A stretch of DNA of 64,000 nucleotides from a plasmid. The notes under the pieces are model-generated. The model made no database searches, had not been told where the DNA came from, and worked only from the letters and a program-made list of their open reading frames with translations. Positions 30,301 through 40,900 of this stretch are shown in pieces. Each line of letters begins with the position of its first letter. Positions within the stretch are counted from its first letter, which is position 1. Both the position numbers and the translations under genes were made by a program. The stretch lies in the sequence record NZ_CP028351.1; one strand, 5' to 3'.

Positions 30301-31280
30301 GATTGAGTATCCTGTACTGAAGGCTCTTCAGGAGCCTGAACAATGCGTTGAACGAAATAGCGCGGACGCGCGCGAACATCGTTATAAATGCGCCCGATGT
30401 ACTCCCCGAGCAGTCCCATACCCACAAACTGGGCGCCGATAAACATGAACAGCACGGCGAACAACACGAAGACGCCGTCACCCGCCCAGGCCGCACCAAA
30501 AAAGAGTCGCAATACGATTAGCACCAGTGAGAAAGCAAAGCCGGAGAGCGCAATCAGGCTGCCGACCACGCTAAGCAGTCGCAGTGGCGTAGTGGTCAGG
30601 CAGGTCACCAGGTCGTACATCAGGTTGATCAGGCGCATAAAGCTGTATTTCGAATCGCCAAAAGCGCGTTCGGCGTGGATCACCGGCAGCTCGATGGTGT
30701 GACGGGCAAAGGTATTGGCCAGAATCGGAATAAAGGTGCTGCGTTCGTGGCAGTTGAGCATCGCCTCGACGATGTGGCGGCGGTAGGCGCGCAGCATGCA
30801 GCCATAATCCCCCATTGCTTTGCCGGTGACCCGCTGAATCAGGTGGTTGAGCGTGCGCGAAGCCTTGCGACGGAACCAGGTGTCCTGGCGCTGCTGCCGG
30901 ACGGTGCCCACCACGTCATACCCCTGACGCGCAGCCTCGACCAGCCGCGGGATCTCTTCCGGCGGGTTCTGCAGATCGGCATCAAGGGTAATAATCAGAT
31001 CGCCACGGACCTGGCTGAACCCGGCCATGATGGCCGAGTGCTGACCATAGTTGCGGTTGAGCAGCACGCCGGTTATCCGGCTGCCGGGAACGGTGGCGGC
31101 CTGTTCAATCAGTTCGGCAGAGCGGTCACTGCTGCCGTCATCCACCAGCAGAATTTCATATTCAAGGTTGATGGCGTCGCAGGCGGCGCTGGTGCGCTGC
31201 AGCAGCTCCGGCAAACTCTCCTGCTCGTTATAGACAGGGATCACCACGGACAGCATATTGATCGGTTTGATATCGCGCAT
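30297..31280 (-). CDS. arnC: undecaprenyl-phosphate 4-deoxy-4-formamido-L-arabinose transferase
   Basis: [19 protein letters not shown]2 motif. ATG 31280 ([15 protein letters not shown]) with a GGAG RBS is preferred. The track start 31301 would overlap arnB by 20 nt. Confidence 0.9.
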   Translation of the reverse strand: MRDIKPINMLSVVIPVYNEQESLPELLQRTSAACDAINLEYEILLVDDGSSDRSAELIEQAATVPGSRITGVLLNRNYGQHSAIMAGFSQVRGDLIITLDADLQNPPEEIPRLVEAARQGYDVVGTVRQQRQDTWFRRKASRTLNHLIQRVTGKAMGDYGCMLRAYRRHIVEAMLNCHERSTFIPILANTFARHTIELPVIHAERAFGDSKYSFMRLINLMYDLVTCLTTTPLRLLSVVGSLIALSGFAFSLVLIVLRLFFGAAWAGDGVFVLFAVLFMFIGAQFVGMGLLGEYIGRIYNDVRARPRYFVQRIVQAPEEPSVQDTQS

Positions 31281-31281
31281 C

Positions 31282-32418
31282 TCAGGCTCCGGCAATGTCA
31301 TGTAAAGCCTGAATCACGCGTTCAACATCCTGATCCGTCATGGATGGAAACAGCGGAATTGAACACATCTGCTGGCTGTTACGATCACTGGCGGGCAGAC
31401 GCAGATCGGGATAGCGCTCGCGGTAATATTTGTGGGTATGAGCTGCACGGAAATGCAGGCCGCTGCCGATGTCCCGCGTCTTCAGCGCCTGCATAAAGGC
31501 ATCACGGGACAGGCCGCAGTGTTGTTCATCAATGCGGATAATAAACAGGTGCCAGGCATGCTGATGCGGCCACTCTGGCCGTGAAAGTGGCGTAAAAGGC
31601 AGCGAGCACAGCGCCTCAAGATAGCGTTCAGCAATCTCACGGCGGCGGGCAATAAAACCTGGCAGTTTCTTTAACTGTACCAGCGCAATGGCTGCGCTGA
31701 TATCGGGCAGATTGTATTTGAAGCCCGGCATCATCACTTCCGCCTGCGGCAGACGCCCCTGGGTCTGACGATCAAATGCATCCACAGCAAGGCCATGAAA
31801 CTTCAGGCTGCGGATACGATCGGCGAGAGCGGCGTCATCGGTCACGACCAGGCCGCCTTCCGCGCAGGTGATGTTTTTGATGGCGTGAAACGAGAAGATT
31901 GCCGTGCCGCGATGTCCGACCGGCCTGTCGTGATAAGTCGTGCCCACCGCGTGAGCCGCATCTTCAATAATGGCAATGCCATGCTGCTCAGCCAGTTGAT
32001 AGATCGGTGCGATATCGGCGGGCGCACCGGCGTAATGCACCGGAATAATGGCGCGGGTGCGTGGCGTAATAGCCTGAGCTATCCGTTCCGGCGTCACCAT
32101 CAGGTTGTCCGGATCCACATCAATCATGACGGGCGTGGCACCCAGCAGCGTAATCAGGTTCAGGGTTGAAACCCAGGTCATGGATGGCGTGATCACCTCA
32201 TCGCCAGGCCCGATCCCCATCGCCATCAGCGTGACATGCATCCCGGCAGTAGCCGAGCTCACTGCAATGGCATGCTGGTTGCCGGTCAGCTGAACAAAGG
32301 CCTGCTCCAGTTCGGCGCATTTCGCCCCGGTTGTTATCCATCCGGAGTCGAATACCGCTTTAACAGCAGCCAGCTCCTCATCACCGAATGAAGGGCGGGA
32401 AAATGGCAAAAAATCCAT
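31282..32418 (-). CDS. arnB: UDP-4-amino-4-deoxy-L-arabinose--oxoglutarate aminotransferase
   Basis: [19 protein letters not shown] matches the ArnB N-terminus. DegT/PLP fold. ATG 32418 (AGGAG RBS) is preferred over the track start 32508. Confidence 0.9.
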   Translation of the reverse strand: MDFLPFSRPSFGDEELAAVKAVFDSGWITTGAKCAELEQAFVQLTGNQHAIAVSSATAGMHVTLMAMGIGPGDEVITPSMTWVSTLNLITLLGATPVMIDVDPDNLMVTPERIAQAITPRTRAIIPVHYAGAPADIAPIYQLAEQHGIAIIEDAAHAVGTTYHDRPVGHRGTAIFSFHAIKNITCAEGGLVVTDDAALADRIRSLKFHGLAVDAFDRQTQGRLPQAEVMMPGFKYNLPDISAAIALVQLKKLPGFIARRREIAERYLEALCSLPFTPLSRPEWPHQHAWHLFIIRIDEQHCGLSRDAFMQALKTRDIGSGLHFRAAHTHKYYRERYPDLRLPASDRNSQQMCSIPLFPSMTDQDVERVIQALHDIAGA

Positions 32419-33110
32419 GCTAAAACTCCTGCAAATCAAACCCATAAACTGTCGCGCGTTGTTAATCGGATACAACGCCGGAAAAGAACTGTAATAGCGA
32501 TTTATCAATGTCTGGCAGGCAGATAAGTCATAACAGGTTTCCCGTTATGGAATTAAGGTTACCGGACTGCTAATACAAGCTAACGTATGAAAGTTAACTG
32601 AACATTAAATGAATAGGTTTAATTACAATAAAATCAACAGGGATTCAGTTAATGGATTCCTGAAAAGTTCACTATTATTTCAATAATATTTCCCCGGCAC
32701 TCAACTCTTTTTGATTTATTGATATTTTGTTTATAAAACAGCAAGCCCGGCCTGTTGTCAGCTCAGATATAGCTCGCCTGACATCAATTCCCGCGCAGAA
32801 TAAAAATGTAAGCCACTGATTAAAATAAGCTAATTTCAGATTGTGAATTGCCGAATCAATGTCGTCACATACTTCCAGTCAGGATTTCAGTAAAATGACA
32901 GATTAATAAAGTCGCCTTAATGTATTCTTAATATTTCCCGTTATTAATGTTCCGCTACCCGGAGTAATCATTACATTTTGGTGAATCTGAGGTGACAGTC
33001 AGTTAATATCTTTCAGATTATCTGTGCCTCTGTGGTAAAAGCAGTGCGAATAAAAGCGAATAAGATCGCGGTTTCAGGCATTAACGTTTGGTCTTTCTGA
33101 AAGAGAAAAA

Positions 33111-33692
33111 GTGATGATTCGTGCCGCCTGTTTATGCACTCTGTTTGCCCTGATCAGCCCGGTGCTCTGTGCCGCGCCGGTAACCTATGCCATTACCCCC
33201 GATAAAACGTCGATTGGCCTTTCGTGGCGTGCCTTTGGACATGACTTTTCGCAGGCCAGACTGCAGGGCGTGACCGGCATGGTTACGCTTAATCCTGATG
33301 AAGATCGTGACGATCGTATTGAAGTGAATATTCCGGTGGGAACGCTGGTCGCCTCGAACAGCCTGTTAACCTGGCAACTGAAAAGTGATCTGTTTTTTGA
33401 TGCAGAGCGCTACCCGCAGATTCATTTCGTCAGCAGTCGCGTGGCTGCGCTGGGTGACGGTAATTACCGGATTTTTGGCACGCTGACGGTTAAAGCTGTC
33501 AGCCGGCCGGTGGTGATGCTGGCCTCGCTGGACAGCGGGAAGACGCTCGTTCCTGCCTCTCGCTTGCTGGCACTGCATGCTTCCACCGCCATCTCTCGCT
33601 CCGCCTTCGGTATGGATCGGCTGGTCGGGGTAGTTGACGATCGGGTAAATATTGCGCTTAAGATTGCAGCGCAGGTCAGAGAGCCGCGCTGA
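33111..33692 (+). CDS. YceI-family periplasmic protein
   Basis: Signal peptide plus a YceI-like domain (polyisoprenoid-binding fold). RBS GAAAGAGAAAAAG. Confidence 0.75.
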   Translation: MMIRAACLCTLFALISPVLCAAPVTYAITPDKTSIGLSWRAFGHDFSQARLQGVTGMVTLNPDEDRDDRIEVNIPVGTLVASNSLLTWQLKSDLFFDAERYPQIHFVSSRVAALGDGNYRIFGTLTVKAVSRPVVMLASLDSGKTLVPASRLLALHASTAISRSAFGMDRLVGVVDDRVNIALKIAAQVREPR

Positions 33693-34116
33693 TTGCCACC
33701 GCTGCGCATGCCGCAGGATAAGGTAAGCGCTGCCTGTCATGTTTCAGCGGTGGACGCCAGTTGCGCTGAGAGGTTGCGGCCAATCAGTGCGTATTGATAA
33801 CCGTCGCGCATCCACCAGGCCAGCTGCATGCCGTGACGCTGTTGGCGAGCAATCGGGTTCGTGTCTTCGTGTCGTGCGATGCGGGCGAGATACAAAGCGC
33901 CATCGGGCCATAATCCGCGTGCAACCAGGCGATCTGCGCAATTGACGTCCGTTCGTAGCGCAGGATATGCACCATTTTCAGTTCAGCACCCGCTATGCGC
34001 AGTTGATGAAACCTGCCAGAGACACTCCGCCAGCGCGGCGCTATACGGTAAACAGCTCAGCACCGGTTTCTATTCAATAAAAATAAACTTATTTTTTGTC
34101 AGCCTGCCATGCCGAA

Positions 34117-35130
34117 TCAGATCAGCACGTTTTCCACCTGACAGAAACGCCTTTCCGTCAGGGACATCACCGCGGCTTCCGCAATCGCCTGTGCCCTGAG
34201 GCCATCCTCCAGACCAGGCAGATCCCCAACCTGCTCCCCGTTCAGCGTTCGGATAAATGCATCCAGATGAGCATAATAGGTTGGCTGCACCCGGCTGAAC
34301 CAGTCTGGCAGCAGCCCAGGCTGCTGAATCTGCGCGCCCTGATAACAGCTGACTCCGCGCTGCGGCTGGGAGGCCGATTCCAGCATGCCGTTTGCCCCCA
34401 TCACACTGATGCGTTCGTCATAGCCATAGCCGGTGCGGCGGGCATTATCGAGCTGTGCCAGCGCCCCGCTCTGCAGCCGCAACAGCAGCGTGCTGGTATC
34501 CACGTCGGCGAATTCGCCGATCAAAGGTAGTGCCAGCGCGGCCCCCATCGCCGCCACTTCCGTTACCTCTTCTTCTGTCAGCCAGCGCAGCAGGTCAAAA
34601 AAGTGGATAGCCTGATCGCGCATCTGACCGCCGGACGTCTGAAGATAGGCCAGCGGCGGCATGGACGAAGAACGGCAGACCATCTGAATCAGTTCTGCCG
34701 GACCAATCCGCCCCTGACGGAGTTGCTGCTTTAGCTGCTGATGGCTGACATCAAAACGGCGATTAAACCCCACCGTGACCGGCACGTTGTAAGGGAGGAC
34801 GTTAGCCACGGCCTTACGGGCACGCTCAAGAGAGAGATCGACCGGCTTTTCACAGTAGATTGCTTTACCGGCGCGGGCAGCGGCTTCAAGCAAATCCGCA
34901 TGGGTTGGCGTCGCGCTAGCGATAAGCACCATGTCAATTTGCGGATCGTTTATCGCTTCAGTCACGGACGCGACCCGGGCATCATAGCGGGTCGCAAAGT
35001 CGGCAGCGCGCGACGGTTCCGCATCCGCCACCCACACCAGCTCTACTCCGGGATGGGCCTGAAGATTCGCGGCATGAACTTCACCAATAAAGCCACACCC
35101 CAGCAGGGCAACACGTTGCTTTTTATTCAT
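34117..35130 (-). CDS. Gfo/Idh/MocA-family NAD(P)-dependent oxidoreductase (inositol 2-dehydrogenase-like)
   Basis: N-terminal Rossmann VALLGCGFIGEVHAANL and an EKP motif (YCEKPVDLS). Confidence 0.85.
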   Translation of the reverse strand: MNKKQRVALLGCGFIGEVHAANLQAHPGVELVWVADAEPSRAADFATRYDARVASVTEAINDPQIDMVLIASATPTHADLLEAAARAGKAIYCEKPVDLSLERARKAVANVLPYNVPVTVGFNRRFDVSHQQLKQQLRQGRIGPAELIQMVCRSSSMPPLAYLQTSGGQMRDQAIHFFDLLRWLTEEEVTEVAAMGAALALPLIGEFADVDTSTLLLRLQSGALAQLDNARRTGYGYDERISVMGANGMLESASQPQRGVSCYQGAQIQQPGLLPDWFSRVQPTYYAHLDAFIRTLNGEQVGDLPGLEDGLRAQAIAEAAVMSLTERRFCQVENVLI

Positions 35131-35238
35131 TTATTTGAACTCCATCATAGTCCGGCAGAAAGCTGCACCGGCAGCATAACGCGGCGTTTTACACTTACGG
35201 CATGATGTTTTGAGGTGTTTACCTCAGAGGAGAGCGGC

Positions 35239-36249
35239 ATGTCGCTGAAAGAGGTCGCCCGACGGGCAGGTGTGGGACTGGCAACCGTGGATCGGGTGCT
35301 TAATGAACGTGGCGGCGTCGCGCCGGAGACGGTTCACAGAGTACTGCAGGCAGCACGGGAAATAGGTCTGAAGCGTATCCTGCCTGAAGAGCATCGTCAT
35401 CCGTGGCAGATAGAACTGCTGTTGAGCAGCAACGATTCGTTTTTCTTTAAGCAACTGGCGCAGGATTTTACAGAGGTCGCCTCGCATCTGGGCTATCGCC
35501 GGTTAACGCTGCATCGCACCTTTGTTCCGGAAGCACAGCCCGGGCGACTGGCTAGGCTTATCAGACAGGGAGCAGAGACACGGGATGGACTGATCGTTTT
35601 TGGACATGAGCATCCGGCGATTTATGAGGCGCTGGAACATTGCCAGGTGCGTGGTGTACCTGTGATCTCGCTGGTCACCGATTTGCCTGGTGCTGCCCGG
35701 CTCTGTCATGTCGGGATCAACCAGCTGCAGGCAGGACGCACCGCCGCTCAGCTTATGGGTAAAATGCTGCATCAGCCCGGTGAGGTATTGATGGTCAGTG
35801 GTCACAGGGATTACAGCGCGCATCGTCAGCGCATTGAAGGATTTTGCACGCTGATGACTGAACGCTATCCCCATCTTCGTCTGCGTGAAGTTCTGGCCGC
35901 TCAGGAAAATCGCGAAATAATCAGTAAGTTGCTGGAGAAACAGCTGGTTCGGAGCGGAAATCTGTTGGGAATTTACAACACCGGGCTGGGGAATACCGAA
36001 ATCGGACAGGCGCTGGCACGGCATCGCCAGCTGAATCAGTGCGTCTGGGTCACCCATGAACTTTACGCCACGACACGCACGCTGATGGCGCATCAGAGCG
36101 TTGCGCTGACGCTGGATCAGAATACCCGGCAGCATGCTCAGTTGGCGGTACAGCTGATGCTGAATTATCTGGAGCAGAAAGTGAAACCCGATGAGTATGC
36201 CAGTGGAAAAGTAGACTTCATGATTTATACAGCCGAGAACGCGTTATGA
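35239..36249 (+). CDS. LacI-family transcriptional regulator
   Basis: N-terminal HTH MSLKEVARRAGVGLATVDRVLN plus a periplasmic-binding-fold domain. Divergent from the oxidoreductase gene. ATG 35239 has a GAGGAGAG RBS. Confidence 0.85.
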   Translation: MSLKEVARRAGVGLATVDRVLNERGGVAPETVHRVLQAAREIGLKRILPEEHRHPWQIELLLSSNDSFFFKQLAQDFTEVASHLGYRRLTLHRTFVPEAQPGRLARLIRQGAETRDGLIVFGHEHPAIYEALEHCQVRGVPVISLVTDLPGAARLCHVGINQLQAGRTAAQLMGKMLHQPGEVLMVSGHRDYSAHRQRIEGFCTLMTERYPHLRLREVLAAQENREIISKLLEKQLVRSGNLLGIYNTGLGNTEIGQALARHRQLNQCVWVTHELYATTRTLMAHQSVALTLDQNTRQHAQLAVQLMLNYLEQKVKPDEYASGKVDFMIYTAENAL

Positions 36250-36878
36250 AGCAAACCAACACCTCATACTCTCCACCGGGGGCCGCATTTTCGTTATAGA
36301 TGCCAGCCGTTGAATCTGTTTAGGCTATTGATAATGGCAAAGCGGACAAACCACTTTTAACCTCATGCAGCCTCACTTTTACTCTGCACTTCTGTATTGC
36401 AATCGCCTCAGAACGTCAAAAAACGCCGACATACAGTTTTTAAAACTGCCCATCCCCTAAATATTAAAATATAAATCTATATACACTCAATTTGTTATTT
36501 TAATATTCCACTCCATTTCTGAGTTGTTATCATCGCCTCGAATCCGACAGACCATCACCGCATGCAGTGAAAAACTTTCCAGATTAACCATTCTGGACCC
36601 GGGTCGTTGAACAGAATGAGTAATTCAGGAGCTGGCATGCTAAGGCGCATCACTGATAAAGCACGTTTTGTATAAGGTTTGATAAATATCAAGCCTGCCT
36701 GGATTTTTATGGGTAGTTTCCCGTTACGCTTTCACTTTATGACAGTGCGATGCTAAATTCTCATCGGTTTGAGGCAGGGAAACGTCCAGCGCTTTGAATA
36801 TAAGCGGACTGAGCAGTAGGTTATCCTGAATTTTATCTCCACCGGTAACGGTGCCTGGCGGATTAATGAGAGCGTGGT

Positions 36879-37322
36879 TTGGAACAGTGTTTATCTCCGG
36901 TGCGCACCACCACAGAAAGAGTGCTGCACGCCGTTATTTTCGAAGTCGTTGCTAATGTCCTGGTATTCATCATTCTGATTAATTTTGCCTCGGCAGCACC
37001 TTCGCAATCGGCACTGTTGACTATAGTTTCATCAACGCTGGCGATGGGATGGAACTATCTGTTCAACCTGATTTTTGACAGCGTTCAGCTGCAAACCGGA
37101 TTTAAAAAAGACTGGCGAATAAGATGTCTCCATGCCGTTTTATTTGAGGCAGGTCTGTTATTCGTATTGATACCTTTTGCAGCATGGTGGCTGGATATTA
37201 CGCTACTCGCAGCGCTGAAACTGGAATGTGGATTGGTGCTGTTTTTTCTGGTTTATGCTTATCTGTTTAATCTGATATGGGATTACGGTAGGGCTGCAGT
37301 AAAAATCATTAAAAAACAATAA
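36879..37322 (+). CDS. PACE-family (AceI-like) small efflux transporter
   Basis: Two BTP repeats carry the conserved RxxHAxxFE motif (ERVLHAVIFEV and RCLHAVLFEAG), in a 4-TM protein of ~140 aa. The track start is TTG. In-frame GTG 36900 (MRTTTERVLHA) gives an AceI-like N-terminus. Confidence 0.7.
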   Translation: MEQCLSPVRTTTERVLHAVIFEVVANVLVFIILINFASAAPSQSALLTIVSSTLAMGWNYLFNLIFDSVQLQTGFKKDWRIRCLHAVLFEAGLLFVLIPFAAWWLDITLLAALKLECGLVLFFLVYAYLFNLIWDYGRAAVKIIKKQ

Positions 37323-37557
37323 ATTATAAAATCAATAAGGTGAAAACTGATTTTTTAACCTTCCGCTTAGCCAGGTCAGTGAAGCGTCAGAGGCGACACT
37401 GCGCATCTGAACGCATCCAGTGCGTAAGGACACACGTATATCAGTTGTCAGGTTATTATTTATTTTACTGGCAGCATCGATAGCACAGCGAGTCAGCTTA
37501 GTTAAAGTTAAGACCGCGCATAAGCTCAATTTAACAGGTTAACTTCAGCAAAAAATT

Positions 37558-37761
37558 ATGAACAAAATCTACTATCTGAATAAGTTAAGAAACTGCCCGT
37601 CAACCGATATCCTGGATATCGTGACAAGCTATATGCGGAAAAAACTTCCTTCTGACGATCTCTCTTCTTTTGAGGGCGCATACGATCATCGCAAAGCCGA
37701 ACTAATAATGAATGAGACTTACAACGAAGTGCCTGCGGAAGTCTGGCGATTAGTTTGCTGA
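37558..37761 (+). CDS. Hha/YmoA-family haemolysin-expression-modulating protein (H-NS co-regulator)
   Basis: 67 aa, colinear with E. coli Hha (YLxxLRxCxxxDxLxxV...AxDHRxAELxMNxxYxxVPxxVWxxV). Confidence 0.8.
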   Translation: MNKIYYLNKLRNCPSTDILDIVTSYMRKKLPSDDLSSFEGAYDHRKAELIMNETYNEVPAEVWRLVC

Positions 37762-37949
37762 CGCTGAAATAAGCAGAGAAAATTAACATTAATACATTAT
37801 CCGCTGAAAAATTACTGCACTGCTGATTATCCTTTTTCGTCTTACAGGTACGTCCGCGGACTGATATTTTCCAGCAGGGATAATGTATCGATAAGTCAGA
37901 GCATCACCCCTTCATGTAGTGATGCTCTGATATTATTCAGACACGGATA

Positions 37950-40900
37950 TCAGAAGTGATATGACAGGCCGATCATACCACTGTAATCCGTTTTAAATTC
38001 ACCACCCAAACTGCTCTCTACTTTCGCATTTAGTGAAAGGCCAGGCGCGACAATACCTTCCAGCCCTACACTGCCACGATAACGGTTATCTGACCAGGCG
38101 CTGTATTGCCGGTTTGACTGACGATCGGAAAGTGTGGTTGTGGAGCCATTATTACCAGGTGAATACTGATAGGCCAGACTGGCATTGACGTTAATATTCG
38201 GCATTAATGCGCCCAGACCGCGTTTCTGCACCATGAACCCGCTGCTGGTGAAGTAAGGTGTGGATGAACTTAACGAAACTGACGCATCTTCCCCTTTCAG
38301 GGTATAGCCGGACATGACACCAGCGGTCACACCAACAAACGGTGAGATAAACAGAGTATCGTTAGCCAGCGCAAACTCATAGCCAGTGCGCAGGCTGCCT
38401 GCCAGCATATGGCTGTCCTTTTTCATGCCATTAATATTTAAAGCAGGATCCAGCGTTATCTCCTGATTCAGATACATATAACGACTGGCCGCATCAAAGA
38501 ACCATCCGGCATCAGCCTGCCAGGAATAAAATGCACCGACAGTAGCCAGTCGATGCTTTTCATGACCCTCCCCTTTTACCTCACCCTGCGTATAACTGGC
38601 GCTGATACCGGCTGTTTGCTTGTCGCTGCGGGTATCCCAGCCCACATTCAGTGTTTGCTGGTTGACGTCGAGTCCAAGAAAATGCCCTTTTTTCTGCTCT
38701 ATTGTTGCCCATGATCCGCTGCTTTCTGGCGCGGCGCGCAGACTGTCAGTGCGGTTATGCAACTGACTGACCGCTTCACTGAAAATGTACTGCCGCGAGG
38801 CGATTAAGGCACGCGTGCGCTGGATCAATGGCAGGTTGTCGTAAACAGAGAACCAGTCATCCGGATTGAACGCCGGCTTTTTGGCTTCCTCTTCTGCTTT
38901 CGCTGCTTCCTCTTTCGCTTTTTTTTCAGCTTCGGCTTTTGCCTCAGCCTCTGCTTTGGAATTAGCTTCTTCCTCTGCTTTCGCTTTCTCTACAGCAGCT
39001 TGCTCAGCAGTAGCATTATCCGCTGACGAAGCATCTGTAGCAGGCGCTGGCTCTGGCGTTACTTCTGGCTCAGGGGTAACTTCCGGTGCTGGCGACAATT
39101 CCGGCTCAGGCGTGACTTCCGGTGCTGGTGTCAGTTCTGGCGCTGGCGTCGGTTCCGGCGCAGGCGTCACTTCCGGTGCTGGCGTCGGTTCCGGCTCAGG
39201 CGTGACTTCCGGCTCAGCCGACTTATTACTTTCCAGCACCCACAAAACACGGTCCTTATTGTCTTTCACCTGATAATTGGGGGTGTAAACGCTAAATCCG
39301 CTGTAGCTGTCTGCAAAAGAGAAATAGCTGTGCGACGTGCCAGCAGGTGCATCAACCATTACCAGATCCTGGGCCAGCGCAACTTCGTCTTCACTTCCGA
39401 TTAGCAGACTTACGTCCAGCAGGTTGTCGCCACCACTCACCGAATTTTTTACAATCAGTTTGTCGCTTTCCAGTGTGGAGGGTTTAACGCCTAACATCAG
39501 ATTTAACCCGGTCGCATCCAGCGTATCGACATTCAGTGTTTTGGCGCTCCAGCGGCCTGAAGGCACCATTGAAAGTGTCGAACCACGTCTCGCCAGAAGT
39601 GAACTGATATTACTGTTGCCGGTCATCGTCCAGTTCGCATTGGCATCCAGCGTCATAAGGCTGCTGCCTGTTGATGTTACGGCCCCCTGATAGTTAACCT
39701 TACCAAGATAAAGTGAGGCATTGTTAGCCAACTGAACATCGCCTTCCACTTCGCTGGCGGGCAGCAGTGCCAGTGCATCCGCGCTTCGCACTGGCTGACT
39801 GCAGGAAACATCATCAGAATAGATGGCAGAATAGCAACGCCAGCTTTTCTCGCCTGCAAGCTCGCTATCGTTGTAGCCAAAAGAGAGTTTTGACGAATCA
39901 GCAGCAACAATGTTGGCTTTCACGCCAGCATATTCTCCCACCTGGAAATTCGCACCAGTACCTACATTGATCTGATCGGCTTTAAACAGTGAAGTGTTCC
40001 AGTCGTCATCAACGATAACGCCTCCCGCATGTGGAACCGGCTGACCAGAGAGCACCACCGTGCCATTCTCAACATTGAGATTGCCATTCAGGTTCATGCC
40101 CCCCGTAAGTGCAGTAATGGCCGTAGCGTTGTGCGGCAGGATATTCACGTTCATCACGCCGTTAAGCGCCTTCTCCAGGGTTTCTCCCAGAAAGCCTCGG
40201 AATACCTGAATATTAAGCTGTGTGAGGCGATGGTTGATCGCTTCATCCGCATCGGTTCCAAGATACGTCCAGGTCGATGTCGAGGTTTTATCGGTTGGGA
40301 AATACCAGTAGGATGAGGTATTTAATTGAAAATACTCGGTATCTTTGGTGTAGGGGTTTTTATACACATAGATATTACCTGGTGTTCCTTTTGGGTTACT
40401 GCCCGTAAATGTATAAAAGGGAACGTCTGCGGCGTTATAGCCCGTAATGTTCAGCGTTGCTGCGGCAGCACTGTGGTTTACCAGCGTAGCATCGCTATCT
40501 GTATGGTTAATCCTTTTAAAACTCAGCGCGTTTCCATTCAAATCTAAACGGCCCCCACGATAGCCAAAGTAGATCTGATCAGTCGCAACCTGACTTTCAT
40601 CATTCAGTACCACGGTTGGCCGACCACTCACTAAAGTGACTGACGAAAACGCCTGTTTATTGCCTGAGGCATCAGCTTGTTGATCGAGGATAACGGTACC
40701 CTCTCCCACATTCAGTGAACCCGAGTTTGTGCCAATGGCATTGATATGCAGTGTACCTGCGCCGATTTTATGCAGCGCATCGCTTGCCACGCCATTGACC
40801 TGCCACAGAACCTCTTTGTCCGCGTCAACCTCAATGCCGCCGCCAGCCCAGGTCGCATTGACGCCGTCGGCAGACGAGACAGTGTAGTTATTGGAAAACT

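Noticed and set aside
28336-31496. Long ORFs (206, 284, 273 aa) on the plus strand inside arnA/arnC
   Set aside because: They are antisense to strongly supported arn genes, have no RBS and no family similarity. They are typical GC-rich antisense ghosts.
32540-32565. PmrA-box-like CTTAAT-N5-AACGGG upstream of arnB
   Set aside because: Only one half-site matches the consensus. It is kept as a weak note in a finding, not as a feature.
33740-34116. Several 60-110-aa ORFs in the GC-rich spacer between yceI-like and the oxidoreductase gene
   Set aside because: They overlap on both strands, have no RBS and no recognisable motifs, and are likely non-coding.
36250-36878. Search for tRNA/integrase/IS at the island borders (also 62219-62392)
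   Set aside because: No cloverleaf-compatible sequence or transposase/integrase ORF was found. The island borders remain undefined.
38866-39273. 135-aa Ala/Ser/Gly-rich ORF
   Set aside because: Antisense translation of the Pro/Glu/Ala repeat region of the S6 autotransporter.
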